From: an uncultured Pseudomonadota bacterium
GTDB taxonomy: Bacteria > Pseudomonadota > Alphaproteobacteria > JACZXZ01
Assembly (NCBI GenBank): GCA_963749075.1
Contig: CAVVLJ010000017.1
Location: 1,024,001-1,088,000, forward strand
Direction of reading: 5' to 3'
DNA length: 64,000 nucleotides
Positions within the stretch are counted from its first letter, which is position 1. Each line of letters begins with the position of its first letter. Both the position numbers and the translations under genes were made by a program. Under the pieces are notes generated by a model that saw nothing but the letters and a program-made list of their open reading frames with translations, did no database searches and was not told the origin of the DNA. Below are positions 41,886 through 51,899 of the stretch, one piece after another.

Positions 41886-43271
41886 ATGGACCCCGAAGAT
41901 CCCTTTGGCGCGCCCGAGGACGAATCCGAGCGCACGGTCATCCGCCCGAATCCCGGCGGTCGCCGCCCGACGCCGGGCGGTGCGGCACCCGCGGCCGGAC
42001 CGGGGGCAGCCGAGCCGCCGCCTCGCGCGGCCGCAGAGCGCGAGCTGCCGAAGGCGCTCCAGCTCTTCGGCGTGAACGCGCTGGCCGCCGCCGCGGCCCC
42101 CATCCTCCACCTTGCCGTGCGGCTCAAGGGCATGGCGTCCCACGACGACGTGGCCGGGCTCCACGCCCGCGTGGTGGCGGAGATCCGGACTTTCGAGCGG
42201 CGCGCCACCGAGGCGGGGTTCCCGCCCGAGACCGTGCGCGCGGCGCGCTACGCGCTCGCCGCCACGGTCGACGATCTCGTGCTCAATACGCCGTGGGGCA
42301 GCGCCAGCCAATGGACGCGGCAGAGCATGGTCTCCACCTTCCACAAGGAGACCTTCGGCGGCGAGCGCTTCTTCGAGCTGCTCGAGGCGATGAGCCGCGA
42401 TCCCTCGCGCAACCTCGAGATGCTCGAGCTGCTCTACCTCTGCCTGGCACTCGGCTTCGAGGGCCAGTACCGCGTGACGCCGCGGGGTGCCGCCGAGCGC
42501 GATACCATCCAGAGCAGCCTCTACCGCACGATCCGCTTGCGCCGCGGCGATTTCGAGCGCGACCTCTCGCCGCACTGGCGCGGCGTCGAATCGCGGCACA
42601 AGTCGTTCCACGCCCAGGTACCGCTCTGGGTCATCGGCGCCGTGACCGCGGTCTTGCTCACGCTCATGTACGTCGGCTTCAGCTTCGCCCTCAACCGCGC
42701 CTCCGACGACCTCTTCGCCTCCATCGGCAACCTGCCGCCCGCCGAGCCCTTCAAGTTCGAGCGCCCCCCTCCGCCGCCGCCGCCCGAGACCAAGCAGAGC
42801 GTCGGCCTCAAGGATTGCCTCGCGGACGCCATCAAGGCGGGCCTCGTCACCGTGCTGCAGGATGCCGACACGGTGACGGTGCGCATCGCGGGCACCGGCA
42901 TGTTCGCCTCGGGCAGCGACCAGATCGAGCCCCGTTTCACCTCCATCCTGGTGAGCACCGGCAATTGCCTCAACGACAAGCCCGGCAAGGTGCTCGTCGC
43001 CGGCTATACCGACAACGTGCCGATCCGCACGCTGCGCTTCCCCTCGAACTGGCAGCTCTCCGTCGCGCGCGCCCAGTCGGTCGAGCGCCAGCTCAAGGCG
43101 CTCCTCAAGGACCCCTCGCGGCTCTCGACCGAGGGCTTCGGCGAGACCCATCCGCTCGCCTCGAACGCTACGCCCCAGGGCCGCGAGGCGAACCGGCGCA
43201 TCGAGATCGTCCTGACGCCCCAGCCGGAGGCCGGCCCGAGCGCCGCCGCCCTGCCGGCGAAGCAGGAGTGA
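41886..43271 (+). CDS. tssL: T6SS TssL (DotU) with C-terminal OmpA/MotB peptidoglycan-binding domain
   Basis: GGERFF, CLALGFEGQY, TM, then GYTDN-PI...FPSNWQLS and NRRIEI. Confidence 0.95.
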   Translation: MDPEDPFGAPEDESERTVIRPNPGGRRPTPGGAAPAAGPGAAEPPPRAAAERELPKALQLFGVNALAAAAAPILHLAVRLKGMASHDDVAGLHARVVAEIRTFERRATEAGFPPETVRAARYALAATVDDLVLNTPWGSASQWTRQSMVSTFHKETFGGERFFELLEAMSRDPSRNLEMLELLYLCLALGFEGQYRVTPRGAAERDTIQSSLYRTIRLRRGDFERDLSPHWRGVESRHKSFHAQVPLWVIGAVTAVLLTLMYVGFSFALNRASDDLFASIGNLPPAEPFKFERPPPPPPPETKQSVGLKDCLADAIKAGLVTVLQDADTVTVRIAGTGMFASGSDQIEPRFTSILVSTGNCLNDKPGKVLVAGYTDNVPIRTLRFPSNWQLSVARAQSVERQLKALLKDPSRLSTEGFGETHPLASNATPQGREANRRIEIVLTPQPEAGPSAAALPAKQE

Positions 43272-43351
43272 GCGATGCTCGGCGCCACCGTGCGATGCGC
43301 TGCCGGCCCCGCTAGCCCGGCGGGCGGCGCCCGCCCGGCGCGAGCAGCCGC

Positions 43352-46300
43352 ATGTTGAGACGGCTCCTCGCCATCCTCATCTCGCGCGAGGTCGTCACAC
43401 TCGTCGGCGTCATCCTGCTCTCGGTGCTGATCTGGTTGATCGGTCCGCTCGTCGCGGTGGCGGACTTCTATCCCTTCGAGAGCACCCTCGTCCGCTTCAT
43501 CGCGATCATCCTTCTCTTCGTGCTGTGGGCGGTCTTTCTGCTGCTCCGCCAGCGCAAGTCGAAGAAGACGGACGCGGCACTCGTCGAGGGACTGGTGGCC
43601 GGCGAAGCGGGGGCCGCACAGCGCAGCACCGACAGCGAGGAGCTGCCCCAGCTGCGCGAGCGCTTCGAGGAGGCGCTCGAGCTCCTGAAGCGCAGCAAGC
43701 TCGGCGGCGAGGTGGGCCGGCAATATCTCTACCAGCTCCCCTGGTACGTGCTCATCGGGCCGCCGGGAGCCGGCAAGACGACGGCGCTGGTCAACTCCGA
43801 GCTGCACTTCCCGCTGGCCGACCATCTCGGCAAGAATGCCGTGCGCGGCGTGGGCGGCACGCGCAACTGCGACTGGTGGTTCACCGACGATGCGGTGCTG
43901 ATCGACACCGCCGGCCGCTACACCACCCAGGACAGCGACCAGCTCGCCGACGCCACCGCCTGGACGGCCTTCCTCGATCTCCTCAAGAAGACGCGGCCGC
44001 GCCAGCCGATCAACGGCGTGCTTCTCGCCATCAGCCTCGAGGACCTGTCGACTTTGCCCGAGGCCGAGCGGCGCAAGCATGCCCAGGCGGTCAAGAAGCG
44101 CATCGCCGAGATCCGCGACGTGCTCGGCCTGAGGGTGCCGGTCTACGCGCTCTTCACCAAGGCGGACCTCATCGCCGGCTTCGTCGAGTTCTTCGACGAC
44201 CTCGGCCGCGAGGAGCGCCAGCAGGTGTGGGGCGCCACGCTGCCGCTCGAGGAGGGCGGCAAGGGCGGCCAGGCGATCGCCGCCTTCGGCGCCGAGTTCG
44301 ATCTCCTCGTGGCCCGCCTCAACGAGCGGCTCCTGGCGCGCCTCCAGCAGGAGACCGACCTCCGCCGCCGCGCGCTCATCTACGGCTTCCCGCAGCAGTT
44401 CGTCTCCCTCAAATCGGCGGTCGGCGACTTCCTCGACGCCATCTTCCGGCCGAGCCGCCTCGAGGAGGTGCCGATCCTGCGCGGCTTCTATTTCACGAGC
44501 GGCACGCAGTTCGGCACGCCGGTCGACCGCCTGGTCGGCGCCATGGCCTCGAGCTTCGGGCTGAGCCGCCAGGCGCTCGCCGCCTTCTCGGGTGCGGGGC
44601 GCAGCTACTTCCTCACCCGGCTCCTCAAGAACGTGGTGTTCGCCGAGGCCGGCATGGTGAGCACCAACCGCCGGGTCGAGCGGCGCAACCTCTGGATCCG
44701 GGGTGCGGCCTACGCGGCCGCGGCGATCGTGCTCTTCGGCATGGGCGCCCTCTGGCTCAACAGCTACTTCGGCAATCTGCGGCTCATCGAGAGCACGGCC
44801 GTCGCGGTCGCCAAGTACAACGAGCAGATCAAGGGGCTGCAGGTCACCAGCTTCGACGATGCCGACCTCAGGAGCGTGCTGGTGCCGCTCGCCACCTTGC
44901 GCAGCCTGCCGACCGGCTACGACGAGCGCGACAAGCCCGTGCCGCTCGCCCTCGACTTCGGCCTCTACCAGGGCGGCAAGCTCAGCGTGGCGACGCTCGA
45001 CGCCTACCGCCGCGGCCTCAACGGCATCCTCCTGCCGCGTCTCATCGGCCAGCTCGAGCGAGAGATGCGCGGCAATCTCGCCAACCCCGAGTATCTCTAC
45101 GAGGCGCTCAAGGTCTACCTCATGCTGGCGCGCCAGGGACCGCTCGACGCGCCGCTCGTCAAGGATTGGATGGCGCTCGGCTGGCAGCGCGCGTTCCCCC
45201 TCCTCGGCGACCAGCCGGTGCGCGATGCGCTGGCGGCCCACCTCGCGGCACTCCTCGAGGCGCCGCTCGCGGACGTGCCGCCCGATCCGGCGCTCATCAA
45301 GCAGATCCGCCAGGTCGTCAGCCAGGTGCCGCTCGCGCAGCGCGCCTACCGCATCATCGTCCGCAGCGCCGCCGCCGAGGCACTGCCGGCGTGGAGCGCC
45401 CTCAGCGTGGGCGGGCCGCAGACCGCCGACGCCTTCGTGCGCCGCTCGAAGAAGCCGCTCAGCGAGGGTGTCGCGGGCATCTACACCTACGACGGCTTCC
45501 AGCGCGTATTCCTGCCCCAGCTCAAGGGCATCACGAGCGAGGTGGCGAAGGAAAGCTGGGTGCTCGGCGAGGATAGTGCCGCGAAGGCGACCCCGGGCGA
45601 ACTCGCCAAGCTCGAGAAGGACGTGCTCGATCTCTATCTCACGGAGTACGCGGCCCAGTGGGACGCCCAGCTTGCGGACCTTGAGATCGTCCCCTTCCGC
45701 AGCCTCGAGCACACGATCGAGGTCCTGAACATCCTCTCCGGGCCCGCCTCGCCGCTGCGCAACCTGATGAAGGGCATCGCGCACGAGACCACCTTGACCG
45801 CCCCGCTCGTAACCCAGGGAGTGGCCGACACGGGGGGTGCAGCGCTCAACGCCAAGGCCATGGCGGCGGCCGAGGCGAAGAAGGCGGCGCAAGCGAGCCC
45901 GACGGGATCGCGCCTCTCGCAGATACTCGGCGCCAGCGGCCCCGCGGCGCCGCTCCCCGGCCAGTCGGTCGACGACCACTACAAGGCCCTCCACGCCCTC
46001 GTGACCGGCTCGCCCTCCGAGCTCGACCAGATCATCGGCATCCTCCAGCAGCTCAAGGACCAGCTCCTCAAGGCAGGACCCGTGCCGGGCCAGAGTCAGG
46101 CTGCAGTCGGCGGCACCTTCTTCGAGCGGGTCGCCGGCGAGTCGGCCGTGCGGCTCAAGAGCGAGCTCGTGCGCCTGCCCAGCCCTTTACGCGACTGGAT
46201 GGACGCGGTGCTCAAGGGCAACTCGGCGGTGTCGGTCGGCGGCGCACGCGAGCGCATGAACGCCGAATGGAAGTCCAACGTGCTGCCCTTCTGCCGCCAG

Positions 46301-46963
46301 GCGCTCGACAACCGCTATCCCCTCTTCAAGCAGAGCGCCGCCGACGTGCCGCTCGACGACTTCGCCCGCCTCTTCGCGCCCGGCGGGCTGATCGACGGCT
46401 TCTTCGACACCCAGCTCAGGCCCTTCGTCGACACCGCCCAGCGCCCGTGGCGCTGGCAGCGCGTCGAGGACACCGACCTCGGCATCCCGGCGGCCGTGCT
46501 GGTGCAGTTCCAGTACGCCGCGGCGATCCGCGACGCGCTCTTCGGCGGCGGCAAGACGCCGCGCGTGAGCTTCGAGATCACGCCGGTCTCCCTCGATGCG
46601 GGCGCCGGACAGGTCACGCTGACCGTGGACGGGCAGCCGGTCGTCTATCAGCACGGACCGCCGGTGCCGAAGCAGCTGCAATGGCCGGGCTCGGGCGGCC
46701 CGATGGAGGCGCGGCTCGCCTTCACCGACGCGGCGGGCGGCAAGGGCGCAGTAGCGCCGGGCAGCCTGACGTTGCGCGGGCCGTGGGCGTTTTTCCGCCT
46801 CCTCGACCGCGCCACGGTCACGCGCTCGCAGCAGCCCGACCACTTCACGATTGCCTTCAACATAAACGGACACAGCGCCGCCTTCGAGGTCGCGGCCAAT
46901 AGCGTGGTCAATCCCTTCATGCTCGATGCGCTGGGGCGATTCCGGTGTCCGGCGGGGCTCTAG
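43352..46963 (+). CDS. tssM: T6SS membrane protein TssM/IcmF
   Basis: LYQLPWY, GPPGAGKT, TRNCDWWF, DTAGRY and LRGFYFTSGTQ. Confidence 0.97.
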   Translation: MLRRLLAILISREVVTLVGVILLSVLIWLIGPLVAVADFYPFESTLVRFIAIILLFVLWAVFLLLRQRKSKKTDAALVEGLVAGEAGAAQRSTDSEELPQLRERFEEALELLKRSKLGGEVGRQYLYQLPWYVLIGPPGAGKTTALVNSELHFPLADHLGKNAVRGVGGTRNCDWWFTDDAVLIDTAGRYTTQDSDQLADATAWTAFLDLLKKTRPRQPINGVLLAISLEDLSTLPEAERRKHAQAVKKRIAEIRDVLGLRVPVYALFTKADLIAGFVEFFDDLGREERQQVWGATLPLEEGGKGGQAIAAFGAEFDLLVARLNERLLARLQQETDLRRRALIYGFPQQFVSLKSAVGDFLDAIFRPSRLEEVPILRGFYFTSGTQFGTPVDRLVGAMASSFGLSRQALAAFSGAGRSYFLTRLLKNVVFAEAGMVSTNRRVERRNLWIRGAAYAAAAIVLFGMGALWLNSYFGNLRLIESTAVAVAKYNEQIKGLQVTSFDDADLRSVLVPLATLRSLPTGYDERDKPVPLALDFGLYQGGKLSVATLDAYRRGLNGILLPRLIGQLEREMRGNLANPEYLYEALKVYLMLARQGPLDAPLVKDWMALGWQRAFPLLGDQPVRDALAAHLAALLEAPLADVPPDPALIKQIRQVVSQVPLAQRAYRIIVRSAAAEALPAWSALSVGGPQTADAFVRRSKKPLSEGVAGIYTYDGFQRVFLPQLKGITSEVAKESWVLGEDSAAKATPGELAKLEKDVLDLYLTEYAAQWDAQLADLEIVPFRSLEHTIEVLNILSGPASPLRNLMKGIAHETTLTAPLVTQGVADTGGAALNAKAMAAAEAKKAAQASPTGSRLSQILGASGPAAPLPGQSVDDHYKALHALVTGSPSELDQIIGILQQLKDQLLKAGPVPGQSQAAVGGTFFERVAGESAVRLKSELVRLPSPLRDWMDAVLKGNSAVSVGGARERMNAEWKSNVLPFCRQALDNRYPLFKQSAADVPLDDFARLFAPGGLIDGFFDTQLRPFVDTAQRPWRWQRVEDTDLGIPAAVLVQFQYAAAIRDALFGGGKTPRVSFEITPVSLDAGAGQVTLTVDGQPVVYQHGPPVPKQLQWPGSGGPMEARLAFTDAAGGKGAVAPGSLTLRGPWAFFRLLDRATVTRSQQPDHFTIAFNINGHSAAFEVAANSVVNPFMLDALGRFRCPAGL

Positions 46964-47682
46964 AGGAGCAGCCGCGCGCGGAGGCCGGCTTCTTCGGCAA
47001 GCTGCCGGCCAAGCGCGACTTCGTCTCGCGCCGCCTGCCGCGCGCCTTCCTCGACCCGTGGGACGCCTGGCTGCAGGACGCCCTCGCGCAAAGCCGCGAG
47101 CAGCTCGGCGCCGACTGGCTCGAGCACTATCTCGTGAGCCCGGTGTGGCGCTTTGCGCTGGCGCCGGGCGTGTGCGGCGAGCGCGCCGCGGCCGGCGTCC
47201 TCATGCCGAGCGTCGACGGCATCGGGCGCTATTTCCCGCTGGCGCTCGTCGCCCTCGTGGCGCGCTCGACCGACGCGGCGGGGCTCGCCGCTGCGAGCGG
47301 CGGCTGGTACGACCGCGCGGAAGCGCTGATCCTCACGGCACTCGCCGAGGAGACCGCGCTCGAGCAATTCGACGCGGCGGTGGCCGAGCTCGGCCTGCCG
47401 GCACCGGAATATCAATCCGAGACGGCGTCTGCCGCGCGCCTAGAGAGCGCCTCGGCGGAGGCGGTGCTGCCGCTCGGCTCCGCCGGGCTCGCGGCACGCC
47501 TGGGCCCGCTCGGCGTTCCCGGCGGCAGCCTGTGGTGGACGGCGGGATCGGACGAGGTGAAGCCGGCGCTCCTCGTCTGCGCCGGATTGCCGCGCAGCGA
47601 CGGCTTTGCCGGGCTCCTCGACGGCCGCTGGGAGACCTGGGGCTGGCCGGCCGCACCGCAGGCGGAGGCCGAGGTGCAATGA
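46945..47682 (+). CDS. tagF: T6SS regulator TagF
   Basis: GFFGKLP---DFV, WRFAL, MPSVD-IGRYFPL and SLWW. Confidence 0.92.
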   Translation: MSGGALEEQPRAEAGFFGKLPAKRDFVSRRLPRAFLDPWDAWLQDALAQSREQLGADWLEHYLVSPVWRFALAPGVCGERAAAGVLMPSVDGIGRYFPLALVALVARSTDAAGLAAASGGWYDRAEALILTALAEETALEQFDAAVAELGLPAPEYQSETASAARLESASAEAVLPLGSAGLAARLGPLGVPGGSLWWTAGSDEVKPALLVCAGLPRSDGFAGLLDGRWETWGWPAAPQAEAEVQ

Positions 47683-48416
47683 GCGGGAGTTCCGGTCGCC
47701 TCTCATACCGCTCCGCCGCGCGCAGCCACGTGGGCGCCGTGCGCAAGCACAACGAGGACGCCCTCATCGAGCGGCCGGAGATCGGCCTGTGGGCGGTGGC
47801 GGACGGCATGGGCGGCCACCAGCGCGGCGACTATGCGAGCGCCTCCATCATGAGCGCATTGAGCAAGGTGGCAGCGCCCGAGAGCGGGCGCGCACTTCTG
47901 CGCGAGGTGGAGATGCGCCTCGCCGACGTGAACCGCACGCTGCGCGCGGCAGCGCTTGCGGCCGGCGCCGGGACCACGATCGGCAGCACGGTCGTCGTTC
48001 TCTTGATCTACGACGGCAGCCTCTGCTGCCTCTGGGCGGGGGACTGCCGGCTCTACCGCCTGCGCGCGGGCGAGCTCAGCCGGCTCACGCGCGACCACTC
48101 TTACGTTCAGGATCTCGTCGATCAGGGCGAGATTCCGGCCGAGGCCGCCGCCACCCACCCCATGTCGAACGTGGTGACGAACGCCATCGGCGCTTACGAC
48201 GACCTGGAGCTCGAGCAGGCGCGCGACCGCCTGCAGCCAGAGGACGTGCTGCTGCTGTGCTCCGACGGCCTGATCCGCACCATGAGCGACCGCGAGATCG
48301 CCGACATCCTCGGCAAGAACGGCTTGCCCGAGGCCGCCGACCGCCTCATCGCCGAGGCGCTCTCCCGGGGTGCGCCGGACAATGTGAGCGTCGTCCTCGT
48401 GGAGTGCTCAGCGTAA
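47679..48416 (+). CDS. pppA: PP2C Ser/Thr phosphatase (PppA/TagG-like)
   Basis: R-HNED, VADGMGGH, GD-R-Y, LCSDGL and DNVSV; ATGA-coupled to tagF. Confidence 0.88.
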   Translation: MSGSSGRLSYRSAARSHVGAVRKHNEDALIERPEIGLWAVADGMGGHQRGDYASASIMSALSKVAAPESGRALLREVEMRLADVNRTLRAAALAAGAGTTIGSTVVVLLIYDGSLCCLWAGDCRLYRLRAGELSRLTRDHSYVQDLVDQGEIPAEAAATHPMSNVVTNAIGAYDDLELEQARDRLQPEDVLLLCSDGLIRTMSDREIADILGKNGLPEAADRLIAEALSRGAPDNVSVVLVECSA

Positions 48417-48431
48417 CGGCCGCGCTCGTCC

Positions 48432-48812
48432 TCAGAACGCCGCGAGGAAGCGCCTGATCTCGGCGCCGCTCCAATCGGCGATCTCGTGGTCCTCGATGAC
48501 CGGCGGCAGCTCTTCGGGCAGCACCGCGCCCTCGGCGAGCATGAGAAGGAGCGGCCTGCGGCCGGCCTTGCAGCAGCGGATCGCCCACGCCTGCTGCTCG
48601 GACTCCGCCGTGCCGGCATTCACCACGGCGATCATGCCATGGCAGCCGAGGACGAGTGCGCGGCAGGCCATGCGCCAGGCGCCGTCGACCGGCCGATTGG
48701 GCGGCATCGCGACCCATTCGACCGCGACCGCGGCGCTCGTCTCGGCCGCGAGCAGCTCCTCTAGGCCAGCACCCTCGGGCAGGGCGCTCACGAATATGCG
48801 TACCGCCGGCAT
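48432..48812 (-). CDS. Small TIR-like (MTH538/DUF1863-like) protein, apparently lacking the catalytic Glu
   Basis: Pattern RIFVS...W---CR----GC-GMIAVV---T----Q-WAI-C...PLL...W----I--FL parallels short stand-alone TIR proteins; recognised by eye only. Confidence 0.55.
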   Translation of the reverse strand: MPAVRIFVSALPEGAGLEELLAAETSAAVAVEWVAMPPNRPVDGAWRMACRALVLGCHGMIAVVNAGTAESEQQAWAIRCCKAGRRPLLLMLAEGAVLPEELPPVIEDHEIADWSGAEIRRFLAAF

Positions 48813-48969
48813 GGACGCAGCCTCAGCTGGCGAGCGCGCGGACGATCGCCGCACGAGCGGCTTCGGATGACATGCGCATTCCTCCCTGCCTTGGCCAAAT
48901 CTACTATAAACCCGCAGCGGCCGCGCAAAATGCCTCATCCGGCCGGAATTGCCTTGTGGGGGCGGGTCA

Positions 48970-50631
48970 ATGTCCGAGGAGAGCTTCGACTACGTCATCG
49001 TCGGCGCGGGCTCGGCCGGCTGCGTGCTCGCCAACCGCCTGAGCGAGGACGGCCGCGCGAGCGTCCTTCTGCTCGAATACGGCGGCTCCGATTCCTCGAT
49101 CCTCATCCAGATGCCGAGTGCGCTCTCGATCCCGCTCAACATGCCGGCCTACGACTGGGGCTACCGCTCGGAGCCGGAGCCGCACCTCGGCGGCCGCTCC
49201 TTGGCGGCACCTCGCGGCAAGCTCATCGGCGGCTCCTCCTCGATCAACGGCCTCGTCTATGTGCGCGGCCATGCCCTCGACTTCGAGCGCTGGGAGAGCG
49301 AGGGTGCCAAGGGCTGGTCCTACGCCGCGGTGCTGCCCTATTTCCGCCGGGCGGAGACGCGCGCCGGGGGCGGCGACGCCTGGCGCGGCTCGAGCGGCCC
49401 GCTCCATACCTGCTACGGCCGCCTCGCCAATCCGCTCTACCGCGCATTCATCGCGGCGGGCAAGGCGGCAGGCTATGGCGAGACCGCGGACATCAACGGC
49501 TTTTGCCAGGAGGGCTTCGGCCGCCTGGACATGACGGTCCATCGCGGCCGGCGCTGGAGTGCCGCCAACGCCTACCTCAAGCCGGCGCTCGGCCGGCGCA
49601 ATCTCGCGCTCCGCACGCGCACGCTCGCAACCGCCATCCTCCTCGAGGGGCGCTCGGCCACGGGAGTCCGCTATCGCCGCGGTGGAGAGGAGCACGTCGC
49701 CCGCGCGCGGCGCGAGGTCGTGCTTGCGGCCGGGCCGTTCAACTCGCCGCAGCTTCTCAAGCTCTCCGGCATAGGCCCAGCGGACGAGCTCAAGCAGCAC
49801 GGCATTGCGCTCAAGCACGAGCTTCCGGGCGTGGGCGAGAACCTGCAGGACCATCTCGAGTTCTATTTCCAGCTCGAATGCACGCAGCCGGTCACGCTTT
49901 ATTCGGCGCAGCACCCCCTCGCCAAGGCGCTCATCGGCTTGACTTGGCTCCTTCGCCACGACGGCCTCGGCGCCACCAATCATTTCGAGTGCGGCGGCTT
50001 CATCCGCAGCCATGCCGGCGTGCGCCATCCCGACCTGCAGTACCACTTCCTGCCGCTCGCCATGAGCTACGACGGCAAGACGCTCGCCGCACGCCACGGC
50101 TTTCAGGCCCACGTCGGCCCCTTGCGCTCCCGGAGCCGCGGCCGGGTGCGCCTCGCCTCGGCCGATCCCCTGGTAAGGCCGCACCTCTTCTTCAACTACA
50201 TGAGCCAGCCGGACGATTGGCAAGAGATGCGCGCCGCCGTGCGGCTCACCCGCGAGATCTTCGCGCAAGCCCCCTTGGCACCCTACCGCGGACGCGAGCT
50301 GCAGCCGGGCAGCCACGTGGTCTCCGATAGGGAGATCGACGCCTTCGTCCGTGAGCGGGCGGAGAGCGCCTATCATCCCTGCGGCACCTGCCGGATGGGA
50401 AGCCCGGCGGACGCCATGGCGGTGGTCGACCCGGAGACCCGCGTGATCGGGCTCGCGCGTTTGCGCGTGGCGGACAGCTCGATCATGCCCTCGATCACCT
50501 CGGGCAACCTCAATGCGCCCACCGTCATGATCGCCGAGAAGGCGGCCGACCACATCCTCGGCCGCGCGCCCTTGCCGCCGTCGGAGGCCCCCTTCCACGT
50601 GGCGCCCGACTGGGAGCACGCCCAGCGCTGA
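48970..50631 (+). CDS. betA: Choline dehydrogenase (GMC oxidoreductase)
   Basis: GAGSAG, IQMPSAL, GGSSSING, ESAYHPCGT and GNLNAPT. Confidence 0.9.
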   Translation: MSEESFDYVIVGAGSAGCVLANRLSEDGRASVLLLEYGGSDSSILIQMPSALSIPLNMPAYDWGYRSEPEPHLGGRSLAAPRGKLIGGSSSINGLVYVRGHALDFERWESEGAKGWSYAAVLPYFRRAETRAGGGDAWRGSSGPLHTCYGRLANPLYRAFIAAGKAAGYGETADINGFCQEGFGRLDMTVHRGRRWSAANAYLKPALGRRNLALRTRTLATAILLEGRSATGVRYRRGGEEHVARARREVVLAAGPFNSPQLLKLSGIGPADELKQHGIALKHELPGVGENLQDHLEFYFQLECTQPVTLYSAQHPLAKALIGLTWLLRHDGLGATNHFECGGFIRSHAGVRHPDLQYHFLPLAMSYDGKTLAARHGFQAHVGPLRSRSRGRVRLASADPLVRPHLFFNYMSQPDDWQEMRAAVRLTREIFAQAPLAPYRGRELQPGSHVVSDREIDAFVRERAESAYHPCGTCRMGSPADAMAVVDPETRVIGLARLRVADSSIMPSITSGNLNAPTVMIAEKAADHILGRAPLPPSEAPFHVAPDWEHAQR

Positions 50632-50786
50632 GCAAGGCGCCGGGGCGGCGTGCCCCCTCATCTCCCTCTTGCCGCTTGACGCTCGGTAGGGTCCGGCGGA
50701 CACTCGAATGCGGGGTCGCTCGACGTTCTGTCAAAAATCCCTGTCAATTTCTTTGAGCCGGGCATCTCAACGAGGGGAGACAAGAC

Positions 50787-51890
50787 ATGAAACGCTTATG
50801 GTCGTGCACCGTTCCGCTCTCGACAGTGGCCCTCCTGGCCTCGGCCGGGCTGGCGGCCGCCCAGACGATGGACACGCTCGTGGCCGGCGCCAAGCGCGAG
50901 GGCCAGCTCACGGTGATCGCCCTGCCGCACGACTGGTGCGGCTATGGCCCCATGATCGAGGCCTTCAAGAGCAAGTACGGGCTCAAGGTCAACGAGCTCA
51001 ATCCCGACGCCGGCTCGGGCGACGAGGTGGAGGCGATCAAGGCGAATAAGGGCAATACCGGGCCGCAGGCGCCCGACGTGATCGACGTGGGCCTCTCCTT
51101 CGGCCCGTCCGCCAAGAAGGACGGCCTCTTGCAGCCCTTCAAGCCGGCGACCTGGAGCAGCATCCCCGCTTCCCAGAAGGACGCCGACGGCTACTGGTAC
51201 GGCGACTATTACGGGGTGCTCGCGCTCGAGATCAATGCGGACATCGTGAAGAAGAGTCCGGCGGATTGGCCGGATCTTCTCGGCGCCGACTACAAGAACG
51301 CGGTGGCGCTCGCCGGCGACCCGCGCGTCGCCAATCAGGCGATCCAGGGCGTCTTCTCCGCCGGCCTCTCGGCAAGCGGCGGCAAGGTCGCCGAGGCGGG
51401 CGAGGCGGGGCTCAAATTCTTCGCCGAGCTCAACAAGAAGGGCAACTTCGTGCCGGTCATCGGCAAGGCGGCCTCGCTCGCCCAGGGGGCCACGCCGATC
51501 ATCATCCGCTGGGACTATAACGCGCTCGCCGACCGCGACACGCTCAAGGGCAATCCCGAGGTCAAGGTGGTGGTGCCCAAGAGCGGCATCGTCGCCGGCG
51601 TCTACGTGCAGGCGATCAGCGCCTTCGCGCCGCATCCCAACGCCGCCAAGCTGTGGATGGAGTATCTCTATTCCGACGAGGGGCAGCTCGCCTGGCTCAA
51701 GGGCTACTGCCACCCGATCCGCTTCAACGACCTGGTCGCCAAGAAGAAGGTCCCCGCGGAGCTCTTGGCGAAACTGCCGCCCGCCGACGCCTACGCCAAG
51801 GCGGTCTTCCCCACCCTCGCCGAGCAGGAGCAGGCCAAGGGCGTCATCACCAAGGGCTGGGACGCGACGGTCGGGGCGAACGTGAAGTAG
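50787..51890 (+). CDS. ABC transporter substrate-binding protein (PotD/AfuA-like family)
   Basis: Signal peptide; ALPHDWCGYG and APHPNAAKLWMEYLYSDEGQ; first gene of an ABC operon. Confidence 0.88.
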   Translation: MKRLWSCTVPLSTVALLASAGLAAAQTMDTLVAGAKREGQLTVIALPHDWCGYGPMIEAFKSKYGLKVNELNPDAGSGDEVEAIKANKGNTGPQAPDVIDVGLSFGPSAKKDGLLQPFKPATWSSIPASQKDADGYWYGDYYGVLALEINADIVKKSPADWPDLLGADYKNAVALAGDPRVANQAIQGVFSAGLSASGGKVAEAGEAGLKFFAELNKKGNFVPVIGKAASLAQGATPIIIRWDYNALADRDTLKGNPEVKVVVPKSGIVAGVYVQAISAFAPHPNAAKLWMEYLYSDEGQLAWLKGYCHPIRFNDLVAKKKVPAELLAKLPPADAYAKAVFPTLAEQEQAKGVITKGWDATVGANVK

Positions 51891-51899
51891 TGCGCTTGC

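Noticed and set aside
46926-48416. TagF-PppA fusion suggested by the 496-aa ORF
   Set aside because: TagF motifs are in a different frame; the genes are separate with an ATGA overlap at 47679-47682
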